From positions 18,793 through 82,792 of the forward strand of contig JBAZMZ010000002.1 of NCBI GenBank assembly GCA_041649495.1: DNA of 64,000 nucleotides, written 5' to 3'. The notes under the pieces were generated by a model, which saw only the letters and a list, made by a program, of their open reading frames with translations, was not told the origin of the DNA and searched no databases. Positions 36,192 to 48,483 of this stretch are shown here, in pieces. Within the stretch, counting starts at the first letter, position 1, and each line of letters opens with the position of its first letter. The translations under genes were made by a program, and so were the position numbers. The stretch is from Minisyncoccota bacterium. GTDB lineage: Bacteria > Patescibacteriota > Minisyncoccia > Phycocordibacterales > XYD1-FULL-46-19.

Positions 36192-37400
36192 ATGTTATTC
36201 ATTTATAAAACAGTTGACAAAAATGGTGCCGAACAGGCGGGGAGTATTGAAGCGCCGAGTGTTGATTTAGCTATTAGTGCCCTTCAGCGTCGGGGCCAGA
36301 TTATTGTCTCGATTAAACCAGAAGAAGTGGTCAAAGGTTTTGCCTCTTTCAATTTGCCCTTTTTCCGGCGGGTTAAGACTAAGGAGATTGTGATGTTGTC
36401 GCGCCAGATTGCTACTTTGTTTGAGGCGAAAGTTTCGGTCTTGTCCACTTTTCGGCTTCTCTCGAGTGAAGTTGATAATCCTTTTTTGCGGAGTGCTTTG
36501 GTTGAAGTAACGGATGACATCAAGGGCGGTATCCCCATTTCGGCCGCTATGGCCAAACATCCCAAAGTTTTCTCCAATTTTTATGTCAATATGGTGCGGT
36601 CGGGTGAGGAGTCGGGCAAATTGTCTGAGGCCTTTACCTATTTGGCTGATTATATGGATCGCACTTACGCTCTCACTTCGCGCGCGACCAACGCTTTGAT
36701 TTATCCAGCTTTTGTGGTGATTTCCTTTGTGGTGGTAATGATTTTGATGGTCGTTTTCGTGATTCCGCGTTTGTCCGATATTTTACTCGAAACGGGTCAA
36801 GAATTGCCAATTTATACTAAAATTGTTATCGGTTTCAGCGATTTTGCTACCATGTTCGCAATTCCGATTATTGTCTTGCTCGGTCTCCTTTTTGCCTATC
36901 TCTCTCGTTATGTCAAAACCGCTAAGGGTCAATTGGCTTGGTCGCGCTTCAAAATTTCCATCCCTTATGTGGGCACGCTTTATCGTAAACTTTATTTAGC
37001 GCGGATTGCCGACAATATGAATACCATGCTTTCTTCCGGTATTGCGATGGTGCGGGCGCTGGAGATTACGGGCGAAGTAGTTGGTAACGAAGTTTATCAC
37101 CAAATTTTGGTTGAGGCCGCCGATGCGGTCAAGGCGGGGAGCTCGATTTCGGATATTTTCTCTCGTTACGACGAGGTGCCAGGCGTGATGGTCCAGATGA
37201 TCAAAGTTGGTGAAGAATCGGGTCGGCTTGGTTTCGTGCTTGATAAATTGTCTAAATTCTACGAACGCGAAGTCAATAACGAGGTGGACACTTTGGTTGG
37301 CCTGATCGAACCCGCGATGATTGTGGTGCTGGGTATTGGTGTGGGTGTTCTCCTCACCTCGGTGCTCGTCCCAATCTACAATATGGCGGAAGGTCTTTAG
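36192..37400 (+). CDS. pilC: type IV pilus inner-membrane platform protein PilC (GspF family)
   Basis: Two GspF-type repeats and three TM segments, about 400 aa. Confidence 0.9.
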   Translation: MLFIYKTVDKNGAEQAGSIEAPSVDLAISALQRRGQIIVSIKPEEVVKGFASFNLPFFRRVKTKEIVMLSRQIATLFEAKVSVLSTFRLLSSEVDNPFLRSALVEVTDDIKGGIPISAAMAKHPKVFSNFYVNMVRSGEESGKLSEAFTYLADYMDRTYALTSRATNALIYPAFVVISFVVVMILMVVFVIPRLSDILLETGQELPIYTKIVIGFSDFATMFAIPIIVLLGLLFAYLSRYVKTAKGQLAWSRFKISIPYVGTLYRKLYLARIADNMNTMLSSGIAMVRALEITGEVVGNEVYHQILVEAADAVKAGSSISDIFSRYDEVPGVMVQMIKVGEESGRLGFVLDKLSKFYEREVNNEVDTLVGLIEPAMIVVLGIGVGVLLTSVLVPIYNMAEGL

Positions 37401-37507
37401 TCTCACCTCGCCCAGACCTCTAGGTTCGGCGTTCGAGGTGTGGGCGGTGTCGCTTTTCAACTTTTTAATAGACTTGCCCTTGTTTCCTGCCGGTGTAAAA
37501 TGGGTTT

Positions 37508-37822
37508 ATGAAAAAGGAGACAAAAAAGGTTACTTTAGAAAGTATCGCTAAGACAATTGAAAAATTAGCGTCTAGTACTGCTCGTGGTTTTGAAGATGGC
37601 GAAAAAGAGAGTAAAAAAAGATTTGAGGCTCTCAATAATCGTTTTCAAGAAGTTTTTAGCGAATTGAGTAGTATTCGCGCGGATGTTAGAGATGTCAAAG
37701 GCACGCTCGGGCCGTTAACCAGAGCGGTTTCTATCCAAAACGAAGAAATTATCGACCTACATTTACGGGTTGCTATTATTGAGCGAAAAGTTGGGATCGA
37801 AAGAAAAAAGGTCTCTTTTTAG
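37508..37822 (+). CDS. hypothetical coiled-coil protein
   Basis: ORF only. Confidence 0.4.
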   Translation: MKKETKKVTLESIAKTIEKLASSTARGFEDGEKESKKRFEALNNRFQEVFSELSSIRADVRDVKGTLGPLTRAVSIQNEEIIDLHLRVAIIERKVGIERKKVSF

Positions 37823-37942
37823 CCTTCCCCTTCGATGTCTCCCAGTTTTTCCCTTGCCTTGACCTTAGGCTTTTGTGTATAATATAAGTATAAACAAGTC
37901 GAAAAATTATCAATTTAGTTATTAATAATTAACTTTAATAAA

Positions 37943-38389
37943 ATGAAAAAAAGTTTAAGTAAAAAAGGTCTTGCCCTGAGCTTGTCGAAGGGTTTCACCC
38001 TTATCGAACTCCTAGTCGTCATTGCGATTATCGGTATCTTAGCGGGAATTGTGTTGACATCTCTTGGTTCGGCACGAGTAAAAGCCAAAAATGCTTCAGC
38101 TCAGGCGAGCATGTCAGCCATGAGAGCAGAGGCAGAGATCAATCTGACTTCTGATGGCAATTATCCAAGCGATCTCTGTATCGCTAAGCTGTCAAAACTG
38201 ATTGGTGCCGTGGAAGCCCAAGTTGAAGATACTGTTAGATGTGCTGTCTCTGATACAGCGTGGGGAGCAGAAGTTGAACTTGATGACGATGCGGGATTCT
38301 TTTGCGTTGACAGCTCTGGTTTTAGTGGGGCAATTGATGCGACAAGGATTGTTGGTAGTGGGACGATTTACACTTGTGTTGCTTCGTAA
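37943..38389 (+). CDS. type IV pilin (major pilin candidate)
   Basis: Prepilin leader ending G | FTLIELLVVIAIIGILAG. Followed by a strong terminator. Confidence 0.85.
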   Translation: MKKSLSKKGLALSLSKGFTLIELLVVIAIIGILAGIVLTSLGSARVKAKNASAQASMSAMRAEAEINLTSDGNYPSDLCIAKLSKLIGAVEAQVEDTVRCAVSDTAWGAEVELDDDAGFFCVDSSGFSGAIDATRIVGSGTIYTCVAS

Positions 38390-38431
38390 TAATCTTAAAA
38401 CAATGGTCCCAAGGTGACACCTTGCCACTCA

Positions 38432-38466
38432 AGAAAAACCCTTTCGACAGGGTTTTTCTTTTTGGG
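38432..38466 (+). terminator. intrinsic terminator after the first pilin gene
   Basis: aaaaaccctttcgacagggtttttcttttt: stem, loop and T-run. Confidence 0.6.
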
Positions 38467-38507
38467 GATTGCGGGGGATTGTTTTGGGATTGGCTTGGCG
38501 GTATAAT

Positions 38508-39095
38508 ATGAGCATGAAAGACAATAGAGGTCTTGCCCTAAGCAAGCGAAGCGAGTCGAAGGGTTTTACCCTGATCGAACTCTTAGTCGTGATTGCGATT
38601 ATCGGTATCTTAGCGGGGATTGTGTTGACGAGTTTAGGCGCCGCTAAAATGAAGGCCAAAGATGTGGCCCTAAAAGAGCAAATGTCCGACTTGCGAAACG
38701 CGATTGAGACCTACGCCACAATTAATGGCTCGTATGCGGAAGCTCTTCCTTATTATGGCTTAAACGATAACTATCATCGGTGTAGCAATTATGCCATTGA
38801 GACATATGTTACCGACACAAATATTAAGACTTCTCTCAAAGAGATTTCTAATTTAACGGGCTGTTCTAATTCTGGTACTAACTACAACAATCTTTGTATC
38901 TATTGTAAAAGTGATATCAATAGATATCTTGTCGTAGCAAAACTTCCATCATCTCCTATCCCGTCAGATCCTAATTCTGCGATTGCGGGCTCATGGTGCC
39001 TTGACTCAACTGGTTTTTCAAAAAAGACAGGTTATTTTGCTATTAATAAGAATGATTGTTACTCTTGTGATTACACTGGCCAGGGTTGTCAATAA
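38508..39095 (+). CDS. type IV pilin (second copy)
   Basis: Start MSMKDN. Class III signal KGFTLIELLVVIAIIGILAG nearly identical to the first pilin. Confidence 0.8.
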   Translation: MSMKDNRGLALSKRSESKGFTLIELLVVIAIIGILAGIVLTSLGAAKMKAKDVALKEQMSDLRNAIETYATINGSYAEALPYYGLNDNYHRCSNYAIETYVTDTNIKTSLKEISNLTGCSNSGTNYNNLCIYCKSDINRYLVVAKLPSSPIPSDPNSAIAGSWCLDSTGFSKKTGYFAINKNDCYSCDYTGQGCQ

Positions 39096-39303
39096 AATCC
39101 CGTTATTCTAAAATATTAAAATCCAATAGTGGATAAAACCTTGTCCCAAAGAACCAATTTTGTGGTATGATGAGACAAAAGGGTTGATCTTGTTAGAGGT
39201 CGCGATCGCTAGGAATCTTAAAAAATATTATGAATATCGCATTATTAAGAAAATAAGATGATGGTGGGTGGTGATTTATTAATCGCGATCTACCTCTAAC
39301 GGG

Positions 39304-40632
39304 ATGAATAAAAAGTCCATTATTTTTTCAGTTATTGTCGGCTTAGGGCTGGCCTTGGTTTTATTTGTCTTGCCGGTCCTGCCGGAAAAAGTGGAGGCGC
39401 AGACAGAGGGGATTACCGGCCCAGTCCTTGGTTGGCTATGGAGCGATAATATCGGTTGGATTAAGCTGGGTGATGACAAAGATAACTCTATGGTTGAAAT
39501 TAATAATGATATTTTTTCTGGTTATGCTTGGAGCTCTGGTGTTGGTTGGATTAATTTTAATCCAGAAGAACCTTACCCAACCGATGAAAGAGGAGGGGAA
39601 ACTTCAAATGAATTTGCTCACGGTGTTAAAATTATAGATGAGGAGTTTGTCAGGGGTTGGGCCCGGGCTTGTTCAGTTTTTGAAAATGGTTGCTCTGGCC
39701 CCTTGAAACCTGACACGGCTCGGGGTAGTTGGGACGGCTGGATTAGGATGGTTAGCGTTATCTATCATCCCGATGCTCGAATGTTTTCTGGTTACGCTTG
39801 GGGAGGCCTTAATGTTGGCTGGATTGATTTTCATTATCCAACAGGCGAACCAACTCCTCCTAATCCTCCCGGTCCGCCTTATGTCCCGCCGGATGGTGGT
39901 GGTGTGACGGTGAGTTGTAAAGTTACAGTCGATGGGTCAGAATCTAATTCTTCTGTTAGTGTTGAAGCTGACACTAGTGTCACTTATACCGCTACTGTTA
40001 ATAGTGATGGAGGATCCGCCGATTCTTATGAGTGGAAAGATGATGAAGGCGGTGATGTGTTGCAGAGTGGGACAGAGGCGATTTATACTATTAGTTATTC
40101 TGATGCTGGCACACACACTATTAATGTTCGAGCTTTTAACGGTGTAACCTATCTCGGTTCGGCGGATTGTCCTACTGTGACCGTTACTGGTGATGACGAA
40201 GAAGAGGGGGATATAAAAGATTGCGAGATAGAGTTTTCAAACGACAAGAATAAGATTCGATATACCGAAGGACAACCTCAATTGCCTGGTTATAGCGCTC
40301 TTAATGCAGAATTTACAATTACAAAATGTTCGAATTTAAACGGTATTAAACTTGAGCAAAATGGTTTACCTAGGAGTGGGAAAATCATTCTAGTCTGTAA
40401 ACAGGGGTCAGATTCTTGGAAAGTTTGTTCTGGTAATTCGGCTAATTTCTCTTCTGGTTCTCAAATCTCATTAGGAGTTTATGTTAAATATGGCAATGCT
40501 TCCGAGAGAGAGTACGATATTACTGAAAGCACGCTCTATGACTTGATCTTAACCTTATCTAAAGATAGCAAACGAAATAGTCCCGAGACTTTCTCTGGTC
40601 TCTTCAATTACGTTATCCCATCCGGTAATTAG
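39304..40632 (+). CDS. secreted repeat protein with PKD-like domain, inside the pilus operon
   Basis: Signal peptide. Repeated [SG]YAW..G.GWI.F motifs. PKD-like segment (TVDGSE..VTYTATVNSDGG..Y.W). Pro-rich linker. Confidence 0.55.
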   Translation: MNKKSIIFSVIVGLGLALVLFVLPVLPEKVEAQTEGITGPVLGWLWSDNIGWIKLGDDKDNSMVEINNDIFSGYAWSSGVGWINFNPEEPYPTDERGGETSNEFAHGVKIIDEEFVRGWARACSVFENGCSGPLKPDTARGSWDGWIRMVSVIYHPDARMFSGYAWGGLNVGWIDFHYPTGEPTPPNPPGPPYVPPDGGGVTVSCKVTVDGSESNSSVSVEADTSVTYTATVNSDGGSADSYEWKDDEGGDVLQSGTEAIYTISYSDAGTHTINVRAFNGVTYLGSADCPTVTVTGDDEEEGDIKDCEIEFSNDKNKIRYTEGQPQLPGYSALNAEFTITKCSNLNGIKLEQNGLPRSGKIILVCKQGSDSWKVCSGNSANFSSGSQISLGVYVKYGNASEREYDITESTLYDLILTLSKDSKRNSPETFSGLFNYVIPSGN

Positions 40633-40636
40633 TTTA

Positions 40637-41446
40637 ATGTCAATTTATTACCACCTTTTTTCTCTAGGGCTAGGCCTCATTATTGGTAGTTTTTTGAATG
40701 TCGTGATTTTGCGATATAACACCGGCCGGACTCTGTCCGGCCGGTCTGGTTGTTTTTCTTGCGGGCGAAAATTGAGGTGGTATGAATTAGTGCCCGTTTT
40801 GGGTTTTGTTGGTTTGCGCGGTCGGTGTCGAAATTGTCACAGCCAGATTTCGTGGCAATATCCGTTGGTGGAATTATTAACCGGCTTTTTGTTTGCCCTA
40901 ATTTATTGGCGTTTGGGTGGCGGGTGGCTCGGAGTTATTTTTTATTGGCTCATCGCTTCGCTCCTAATAATTATCACGGTTTATGACTTGAAGCACAAAA
41001 TTATTCCCGATTGTTTTGTTCTGGCCCTTATTTTGCTCGGCTTATTGAAACCTCTTTTCTTTAATCAATTACTTACTTCTGCCGGCTCATTTAATTTTGC
41101 GCTGGTTAAGGCGTTTGGTTGGGGGCTAGTTGGCGGTTTAGCCGTGGCTTTACCGTTGTTTATTTTATGGGTCATTTCCAAAGGGCGCTGGCTGGGTTTT
41201 GGCGATGTTAAATTAGCGCTGGGTCTCGGTTTGCTCTTGGGTTGGCCGGCCGGTTTATCGGCGCTTATCCTCGCTTTCTGGCTTGGGGCGATTATTGGTC
41301 TATTATTGATTGGCTGGGGGAAAACTCAATTGTGGCGAAAAGGAAAAAGTTATACAATGAAGAGTGAGATACCCTTTGCCCCGTTTCTCGTTTTGGGGTT
41401 TTGGCTGGTATTTCTTTTCTCAATCAATGTTCTCATCTTTTTTTAA
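40637..41446 (+). CDS. pilD: prepilin peptidase PilD (A24 family)
   Basis: N-terminal CxxC...CxxC zinc motif and multiple TM helices with the A24 pattern. Confidence 0.85.
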   Translation: MSIYYHLFSLGLGLIIGSFLNVVILRYNTGRTLSGRSGCFSCGRKLRWYELVPVLGFVGLRGRCRNCHSQISWQYPLVELLTGFLFALIYWRLGGGWLGVIFYWLIASLLIIITVYDLKHKIIPDCFVLALILLGLLKPLFFNQLLTSAGSFNFALVKAFGWGLVGGLAVALPLFILWVISKGRWLGFGDVKLALGLGLLLGWPAGLSALILAFWLGAIIGLLLIGWGKTQLWRKGKSYTMKSEIPFAPFLVLGFWLVFLFSINVLIFF

Positions 41447-42041
41447 AAAATTTCTAAAAACTAAAAATCGCAAGCCAAAAGCTAGTGAGGGATTTACCCA
41501 GTGGAATACAGCGAATTATTCCATAGGGTTTACTTTGCTGGAATTAATCGTGGTTATTGCGATTTTCTTGATTATTACGGCAGTAGTGATGACCGATATT
41601 CCCAATTTCCGTGAAAAAAGCTCACTGGATTTAACTGTCAGCGAGGTGGCGACTTATATCCGCGGGGCACAGGTTTATGGGACGGCAAAACTTGTCGGCA
41701 CGGGGGGGGGCTATGGTGTTCGCTTATCAAGCGGTAGCCCCAGTTTTTATTTGTTCCAGGGGTCTAATCCTGATACTTCTTTCGAATCTTACGAATTGAA
41801 AGGTTTTAAAATTGGCCAACTGAATGATGACGATTGTTCTAGTGTCGACATCGTTTACCCTGGTGGGGACTATCGGACTAGTTTTGAGTCCAATTTAATT
41901 CCGCAGTTTAGTGGGGAGGGTACATCTTGTCGCCTTACCGATTTCGTAAAAATTGAAATTGTCTCGCAACGGGGTTCTGGTAGTAGTAAATGTGTTTTTG
42001 TTTACAAAAATGGTCAGATTACGATTGGTGCTTGCGATTAA
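41427..42041 (+). CDS. minor pilin / pseudopilin
   Basis: GFTLLELIVVIAIFLIITAVV prepilin N-terminus. Start inferred at MFSSFFKK. Confidence 0.6.
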   Translation: MFSSFFKKFLKTKNRKPKASEGFTQWNTANYSIGFTLLELIVVIAIFLIITAVVMTDIPNFREKSSLDLTVSEVATYIRGAQVYGTAKLVGTGGGYGVRLSSGSPSFYLFQGSNPDTSFESYELKGFKIGQLNDDDCSSVDIVYPGGDYRTSFESNLIPQFSGEGTSCRLTDFVKIEIVSQRGSGSSKCVFVYKNGQITIGACD

Positions 42042-42053
42042 GGAATTTAAGAA

Positions 42054-42629
42054 ATGTTTTCTTCTACTAATAAAAAAAATAAAAAAGAATCAAAGGGCTT
42101 CACCTTAATTGAGATGATGGTAGCCGTGTCTTTATTTGTGATTGTTGCTTTTATGGTTACGAGTATGATGTTGACGATGTCGGCTGCTTATAAAAAGGCC
42201 CAAAGAATTCGACTTTTGATTGACAATCTCAATTTCTCTGTTCAGAACTTATCGCTTGGTCTTCGAGAAGGGAAGGATTATTCTTGTAGTGGGGAAGCTT
42301 GCTCCTTTAAATCGATGAGTTCTTGGCTGTCAGATAACTCCCTATCAAAACCTTATGTCTGTTATGTTAGATATAGCCGAGACGCTGGGGCTAGTAGTGG
42401 GATAAAAAGATGTGAAGTGGATAATCAGAGTAGCTGTGCTGGTTCTTGTTCGGGTGATGATATCGTTTCTTCTGATATTGATATCACTGACCTAATTTTT
42501 TTATCGACGTCGCCGGTTAGTGGACACAAAAGAATAACATTGTTGATTAAAGGTGTGGCGGGCAAAACAGACAAGGAAAGGACAGAGTTCATTATTCAAA
42601 CCAGTGTTAGCCAAAGAAATGATGATTAA
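42054..42629 (+). CDS. minor pilin
   Basis: KGFTLIEMMVAVSLFVIVAF prepilin N-terminus. Confidence 0.7.
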   Translation: MFSSTNKKNKKESKGFTLIEMMVAVSLFVIVAFMVTSMMLTMSAAYKKAQRIRLLIDNLNFSVQNLSLGLREGKDYSCSGEACSFKSMSSWLSDNSLSKPYVCYVRYSRDAGASSGIKRCEVDNQSSCAGSCSGDDIVSSDIDITDLIFLSTSPVSGHKRITLLIKGVAGKTDKERTEFIIQTSVSQRNDD

Positions 42630-43155
42630 ACCTAAAAAAGAACAAGGCTTTACTCTAATTGAGACTTTTGTGGCGATTACGGTCTTGCTAATTGCTGTTT
42701 TGGGCCCGATGTCCCTACTTTCTAGCGCTTTGCGCGAGGCCAATTATGTCAAAAATGAAGTTTTGGCTAGCCATCTTGCTCAAGAGGGGGCGGAGGTTGT
42801 TTTGTCAATGAATCCCAAAGGCTTTGCTTGTTCTTCGTGGAATGTTAATGTTTCAAAAAACTATAAAATTTCTTACAATAGCGAGGATTTCGGTGAGGGT
42901 TGTCCGGCTGGATGTCCTCTTGTTCTTAATAGTGATGGTTATTATGAATCACAAGACAGCGGTAGTTCAATTTTTACTCGGCAAGTATCGATCAAAAAAG
43001 TGGCAGACATTACTAATGGAGCTATGTATCAGGTTGAATCAATTGTTCGCTGGCAAGATCTATTCGTGGCTCGTCAAAAAAAAATTCCCGTTATTACTAA
43101 TTTGTTTGTTAACAATAATGTTTGCGAGTCGGCCCCTGAGGGTGATGACGAGTAA
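42622..43155 (+). CDS. minor pilin
   Basis: QGFTLIETFVAITVLLIAVLG prepilin N-terminus. Start inferred at MMIKPKK. Confidence 0.65.
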   Translation: MIKPKKEQGFTLIETFVAITVLLIAVLGPMSLLSSALREANYVKNEVLASHLAQEGAEVVLSMNPKGFACSSWNVNVSKNYKISYNSEDFGEGCPAGCPLVLNSDGYYESQDSGSSIFTRQVSIKKVADITNGAMYQVESIVRWQDLFVARQKKIPVITNLFVNNNVCESAPEGDDE

Positions 43156-43164
43156 AAAATATTT

Positions 43165-43653
43165 ATGCTAATTAAAAATTATAAAAACAAAAAGTCTGGT
43201 TTTGCCCTACTCTACGCCCTCTTAATTACTGGCGCCCTTGTCTCGGTTGGGGTAATTTTGATGAACATCATTACGAAGCAACTCGTTTTTTCTTCTGTTG
43301 GCCGCGGATCCGAAACCTCTTATTATTATTTAGCCAGTTCTGGGCGAGAATGTTTGAAGTATTATGACAGTATTGGAGTATTTGATAGCGCGGGGAATAA
43401 GTCTGTCCAATGTTTTGATGACCAAGAGATTTCTCTTACCTCTAGCTCTGGTAGGGATATTACCACTTTTACGACGGAGGGGGATACTGTTGATGACCAA
43501 GGGAGGCCAGTTGTCTTGACTGTCTCTAAAAATTCAAATGCCCCCAATAATGGGACTGATTTAATAGATCGATTTAAGACTGTTATTACTGTTGAGGGTC
43601 TAAGCGGGACTTCGGGACGAATTGTTCGACGCACGGCGGTTACAGTTTACTAG
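43165..43653 (+). CDS. minor pilin-like protein (PilX-like)
   Basis: SGFALLYALLITGALVSVGVIL hydrophobic N-terminus of the pilin type. Confidence 0.55.
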   Translation: MLIKNYKNKKSGFALLYALLITGALVSVGVILMNIITKQLVFSSVGRGSETSYYYLASSGRECLKYYDSIGVFDSAGNKSVQCFDDQEISLTSSSGRDITTFTTEGDTVDDQGRPVVLTVSKNSNAPNNGTDLIDRFKTVITVEGLSGTSGRIVRRTAVTVY

Positions 43654-43704
43654 GGGAGTTTATTTTCGCTATTTCCCCTTTTTTCCCATTTTCTCTATAA
43701 TTAG

Positions 43705-45837
<2,133 letters not shown>

Positions 45838-45892
45838 TTTGTTAACATTCCTAACGGTCGTCAGCGATGTTAACAAATTTTAAATTAAAATT

Positions 45893-46624
45893 ATGTCTGA
45901 AGAAATAAAATTTCCCATTCGTATTAACCGCTATCTTGAGTTACAAGGGGTGGCGACGCGAAAAGGGGCCGATGTGTTAATTGAGCAAGGTTTGGTTTGG
46001 GTTAATGGTCAAAAGGCGGTTTTGGGTTATAAGGTGAGAAAAGGGGACAGGGTCGAAGTTAGCCCCGTCGCCTCCGGCGGCAGGAAAAAATTTGTTTACT
46101 TCGCTTATCATAAGCCGAGAGGTTTGGCGACGGAAGATATAAAAAATAAATTACCCGTTTCGGCTGGCGACGTCTTCCCCCTTGGTCGGCTCGATAAAGA
46201 ATCTGAAGGTTTGATTTTACTGACTAATGATGGTCGCGTGACTGATCGTTTGCTTAATCCCAAATATGCTCATGAGAAAATTTACGAAGTGGAAGTGCGC
46301 GAAAAAGTTTCGCCGATGCATAAAAAAATTCTCGAAGGGGGAGTTACTTACCACGAGGCTAATCCTCATGGTCTTTACCGGCAAACTAAAAGTTTAAAAT
46401 TAAAGGCTAAAGGTGTAGAGATTCTTGACTCTCACCGCCTAGCTATTACTCTCACTGAAGGCAAAAAGCACGAAATCCGTCGAATGTTGGCTGGGGCTCA
46501 TCTGACCGTGGTTAGCCTCAAACGGGTGCAAATTATGAATATCAAATTAGGCTCCCTTGCCTCTAGTAAGACCCGCGAACTCAAAGGTCAAGAATTGAAA
46601 GAATTTTTAGCAATGCTATACTAG
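45893..46624 (+). CDS. pseudouridine synthase, RsuA/RluB family, with S4 domain
   Basis: N-terminal S4-like RINRYL...GVATRK, and catalytic GRLDKESEGLILLTNDG. Confidence 0.8.
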   Translation: MSEEIKFPIRINRYLELQGVATRKGADVLIEQGLVWVNGQKAVLGYKVRKGDRVEVSPVASGGRKKFVYFAYHKPRGLATEDIKNKLPVSAGDVFPLGRLDKESEGLILLTNDGRVTDRLLNPKYAHEKIYEVEVREKVSPMHKKILEGGVTYHEANPHGLYRQTKSLKLKAKGVEILDSHRLAITLTEGKKHEIRRMLAGAHLTVVSLKRVQIMNIKLGSLASSKTRELKGQELKEFLAMLY

Positions 46625-46628
46625 GTCA

Positions 46629-46943
46629 ATGTTAGACCGAAAAGATATTGATAATCTGGCGAATTTGGCCAGGATTGCCTTAAGTGAGGAGGAGAAGACG
46701 AAACTCCAAAAAGATATGGAATCGATTTTGGGTTATGTGTCAGAATTACAGAAAGCCCCTACTCCGACTGATAGTGAGGCTGAGCGACAAAAGCCCGAAG
46801 GGTATTATTTGAAAAATGTGATGCGTGAAGATGGGGATTCGTTTGAACCCGGGCTGAATACCGAGACAATTTTGTCGCAAGCGCCGAAGCGAAAAGATAA
46901 TTTTTTTGTCACCAAGAAGATTTTAGGGGACTCAATATCATAA
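46629..46943 (+). CDS. gatC: aspartyl/glutamyl-tRNA amidotransferase subunit C
   Basis: About 100 aa, LARIALSEEEK...ILGYV pattern. Immediately upstream of gatA. Confidence 0.85.
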   Translation: MLDRKDIDNLANLARIALSEEEKTKLQKDMESILGYVSELQKAPTPTDSEAERQKPEGYYLKNVMREDGDSFEPGLNTETILSQAPKRKDNFFVTKKILGDSIS

Positions 46944-46986
46944 AAAGGAAAGTATTTAGGGATTAGTATGTAGGTAGAAATAAAAA

Positions 46987-48483
46987 ATGAAATTAGATTC
47001 AGAATTTTTAAAAAAATTGTCAATCAAATCGGCTCATGCCGGTTTGGTTAAAGGTGATTTTACCGCGGTTGAATTAGCTGAAGCTTATTTGGTGGAAATC
47101 GAAAAAAAGAATCCGGAGCTAAACGCTTATCTCGAAGTTTTTGCCGATGTTAAAGAACAGGCCGAAGGGGTGGACAAAAAAATTGCTGAAGCCAGAAAGG
47201 CTGGGCAAGAAGGGCTATTAGATATTTTGATCGGCCTCCCGATGGCGATCAAAGATAATATTTTGATCAAGGGCCGTCAATGTTCCTCGGCTTCGAAGAT
47301 GCTTGAGGATTATGTCTCCACTTATGACGCTACGGTTATTGAGAAATTAAAAGAGAGAGGCGTGGTTTTTCTGGGGCGAACTAATATGGACGAATTTGCG
47401 ATGGGCGGTTCGACCGAAAATTCGGCTTTTGGTGTGACGAAAAATCCTCACGATTTGACGCGCGTGTCAGGTGGTTCGTCGGGCGGTTCGGCCTCGGCGG
47501 TAGGCGGTAATTTATGTTTGGTGGCCTTGGGTTCGGACACGGGTGGCTCGATTCGTCAGCCCTCGGCTTTTTGTGGGACGGTTGGCCTCAAGCCAACTTA
47601 TGGCACGGTGAGTCGTTATGGCGTGATGGCGATGGCCTCGTCGCTGGATCAGATTGGTCCGATCGCGAAAACAGTGGAAGACGCAGAGATTATTTATGAC
47701 GCGATTCGCGGTTGGGACAAATACGACGCTACTAGTTATGGCTTGCCCAAAATTTCGAAGACAGAAAATAACCCTTCGACCAGCTCAGGGCAAGAAAAGG
47801 GAATTCGAATTGGTGTGCCAGAATCTTTTTTGAATCAAGGGGGGATTGATGAGGTCGTTCTCAAAAATTTTCGCGAAACTTTGCAAAAATTAGAAAAAGC
47901 TGGCTGTGAGGTCAAGACAATAGAAATGCCCAATCTTCATTATTCTTTGGCCTCTTATTATATTACGGTTTTCTCTGAAGTGTCGGCCAACATGGCGCGC
48001 TTTGACGGGGTGCGTTATGGGGCCTCGGTTGAAGGTCAGAATTTGCTGGCAGATTATATGAAGACGCGGGGCGAGAAATTAGGTCGCGAAGTGCGTCGGC
48101 GAATTATGCTGGGCACTTATGTTTTGTCGGCGGGTTATTACGATGCTTATTACAACAAAGCGGCGCAGGTGCGCGAATTGATTCGGCGCGATTACGCTAA
48201 GGCTTTTGAAAATGTGGACGTCGTGGCGACACCGGTGGCGCCGTCGCCCGCTTTTGAAATTGGTAAAAATACGAGCGATCCGCTTCAAATGTATCTCGAA
48301 GACATTTTTACCGTGCCGATTAATATGGCCGGCGTGCCCGGGATGAGTGTGCCAACCGGTTTCACTTCGCCGTCCGCGACGGCTCCCAATGGCTTACCCT
48401 TGGCTCTCCAGATTGTCGCGCCGTGGCGAAGGGATGACATTTTGTTCGAACTTGGTAAAATAATAGAGTTATGTCAAATGTAG
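46987..48483 (+). CDS. gatA: aspartyl/glutamyl-tRNA amidotransferase subunit A (amidase)
   Basis: Amidase signature GGSSGGSASAV and the Ser-cisSer-Lys family pattern. About 498 aa. Confidence 0.95.
   Translation: MKLDSEFLKKLSIKSAHAGLVKGDFTAVELAEAYLVEIEKKNPELNAYLEVFADVKEQAEGVDKKIAEARKAGQEGLLDILIGLPMAIKDNILIKGRQCSSASKMLEDYVSTYDATVIEKLKERGVVFLGRTNMDEFAMGGSTENSAFGVTKNPHDLTRVSGGSSGGSASAVGGNLCLVALGSDTGGSIRQPSAFCGTVGLKPTYGTVSRYGVMAMASSLDQIGPIAKTVEDAEIIYDAIRGWDKYDATSYGLPKISKTENNPSTSSGQEKGIRIGVPESFLNQGGIDEVVLKNFRETLQKLEKAGCEVKTIEMPNLHYSLASYYITVFSEVSANMARFDGVRYGASVEGQNLLADYMKTRGEKLGREVRRRIMLGTYVLSAGYYDAYYNKAAQVRELIRRDYAKAFENVDVVATPVAPSPAFEIGKNTSDPLQMYLEDIFTVPINMAGVPGMSVPTGFTSPSATAPNGLPLALQIVAPWRRDDILFELGKIIELCQM

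Noticed and set aside
39195-39296. Long-range inverted repeat tagaggtcgcgatcg / cgcgatctacctcta bracketing an AT-rich 70 nt upstream of the PKD protein gene
   Set aside because: Imperfect with a 3-nt bulge and a single occurrence. Possibly a promoter-region operator, but the evidence is too thin to call.
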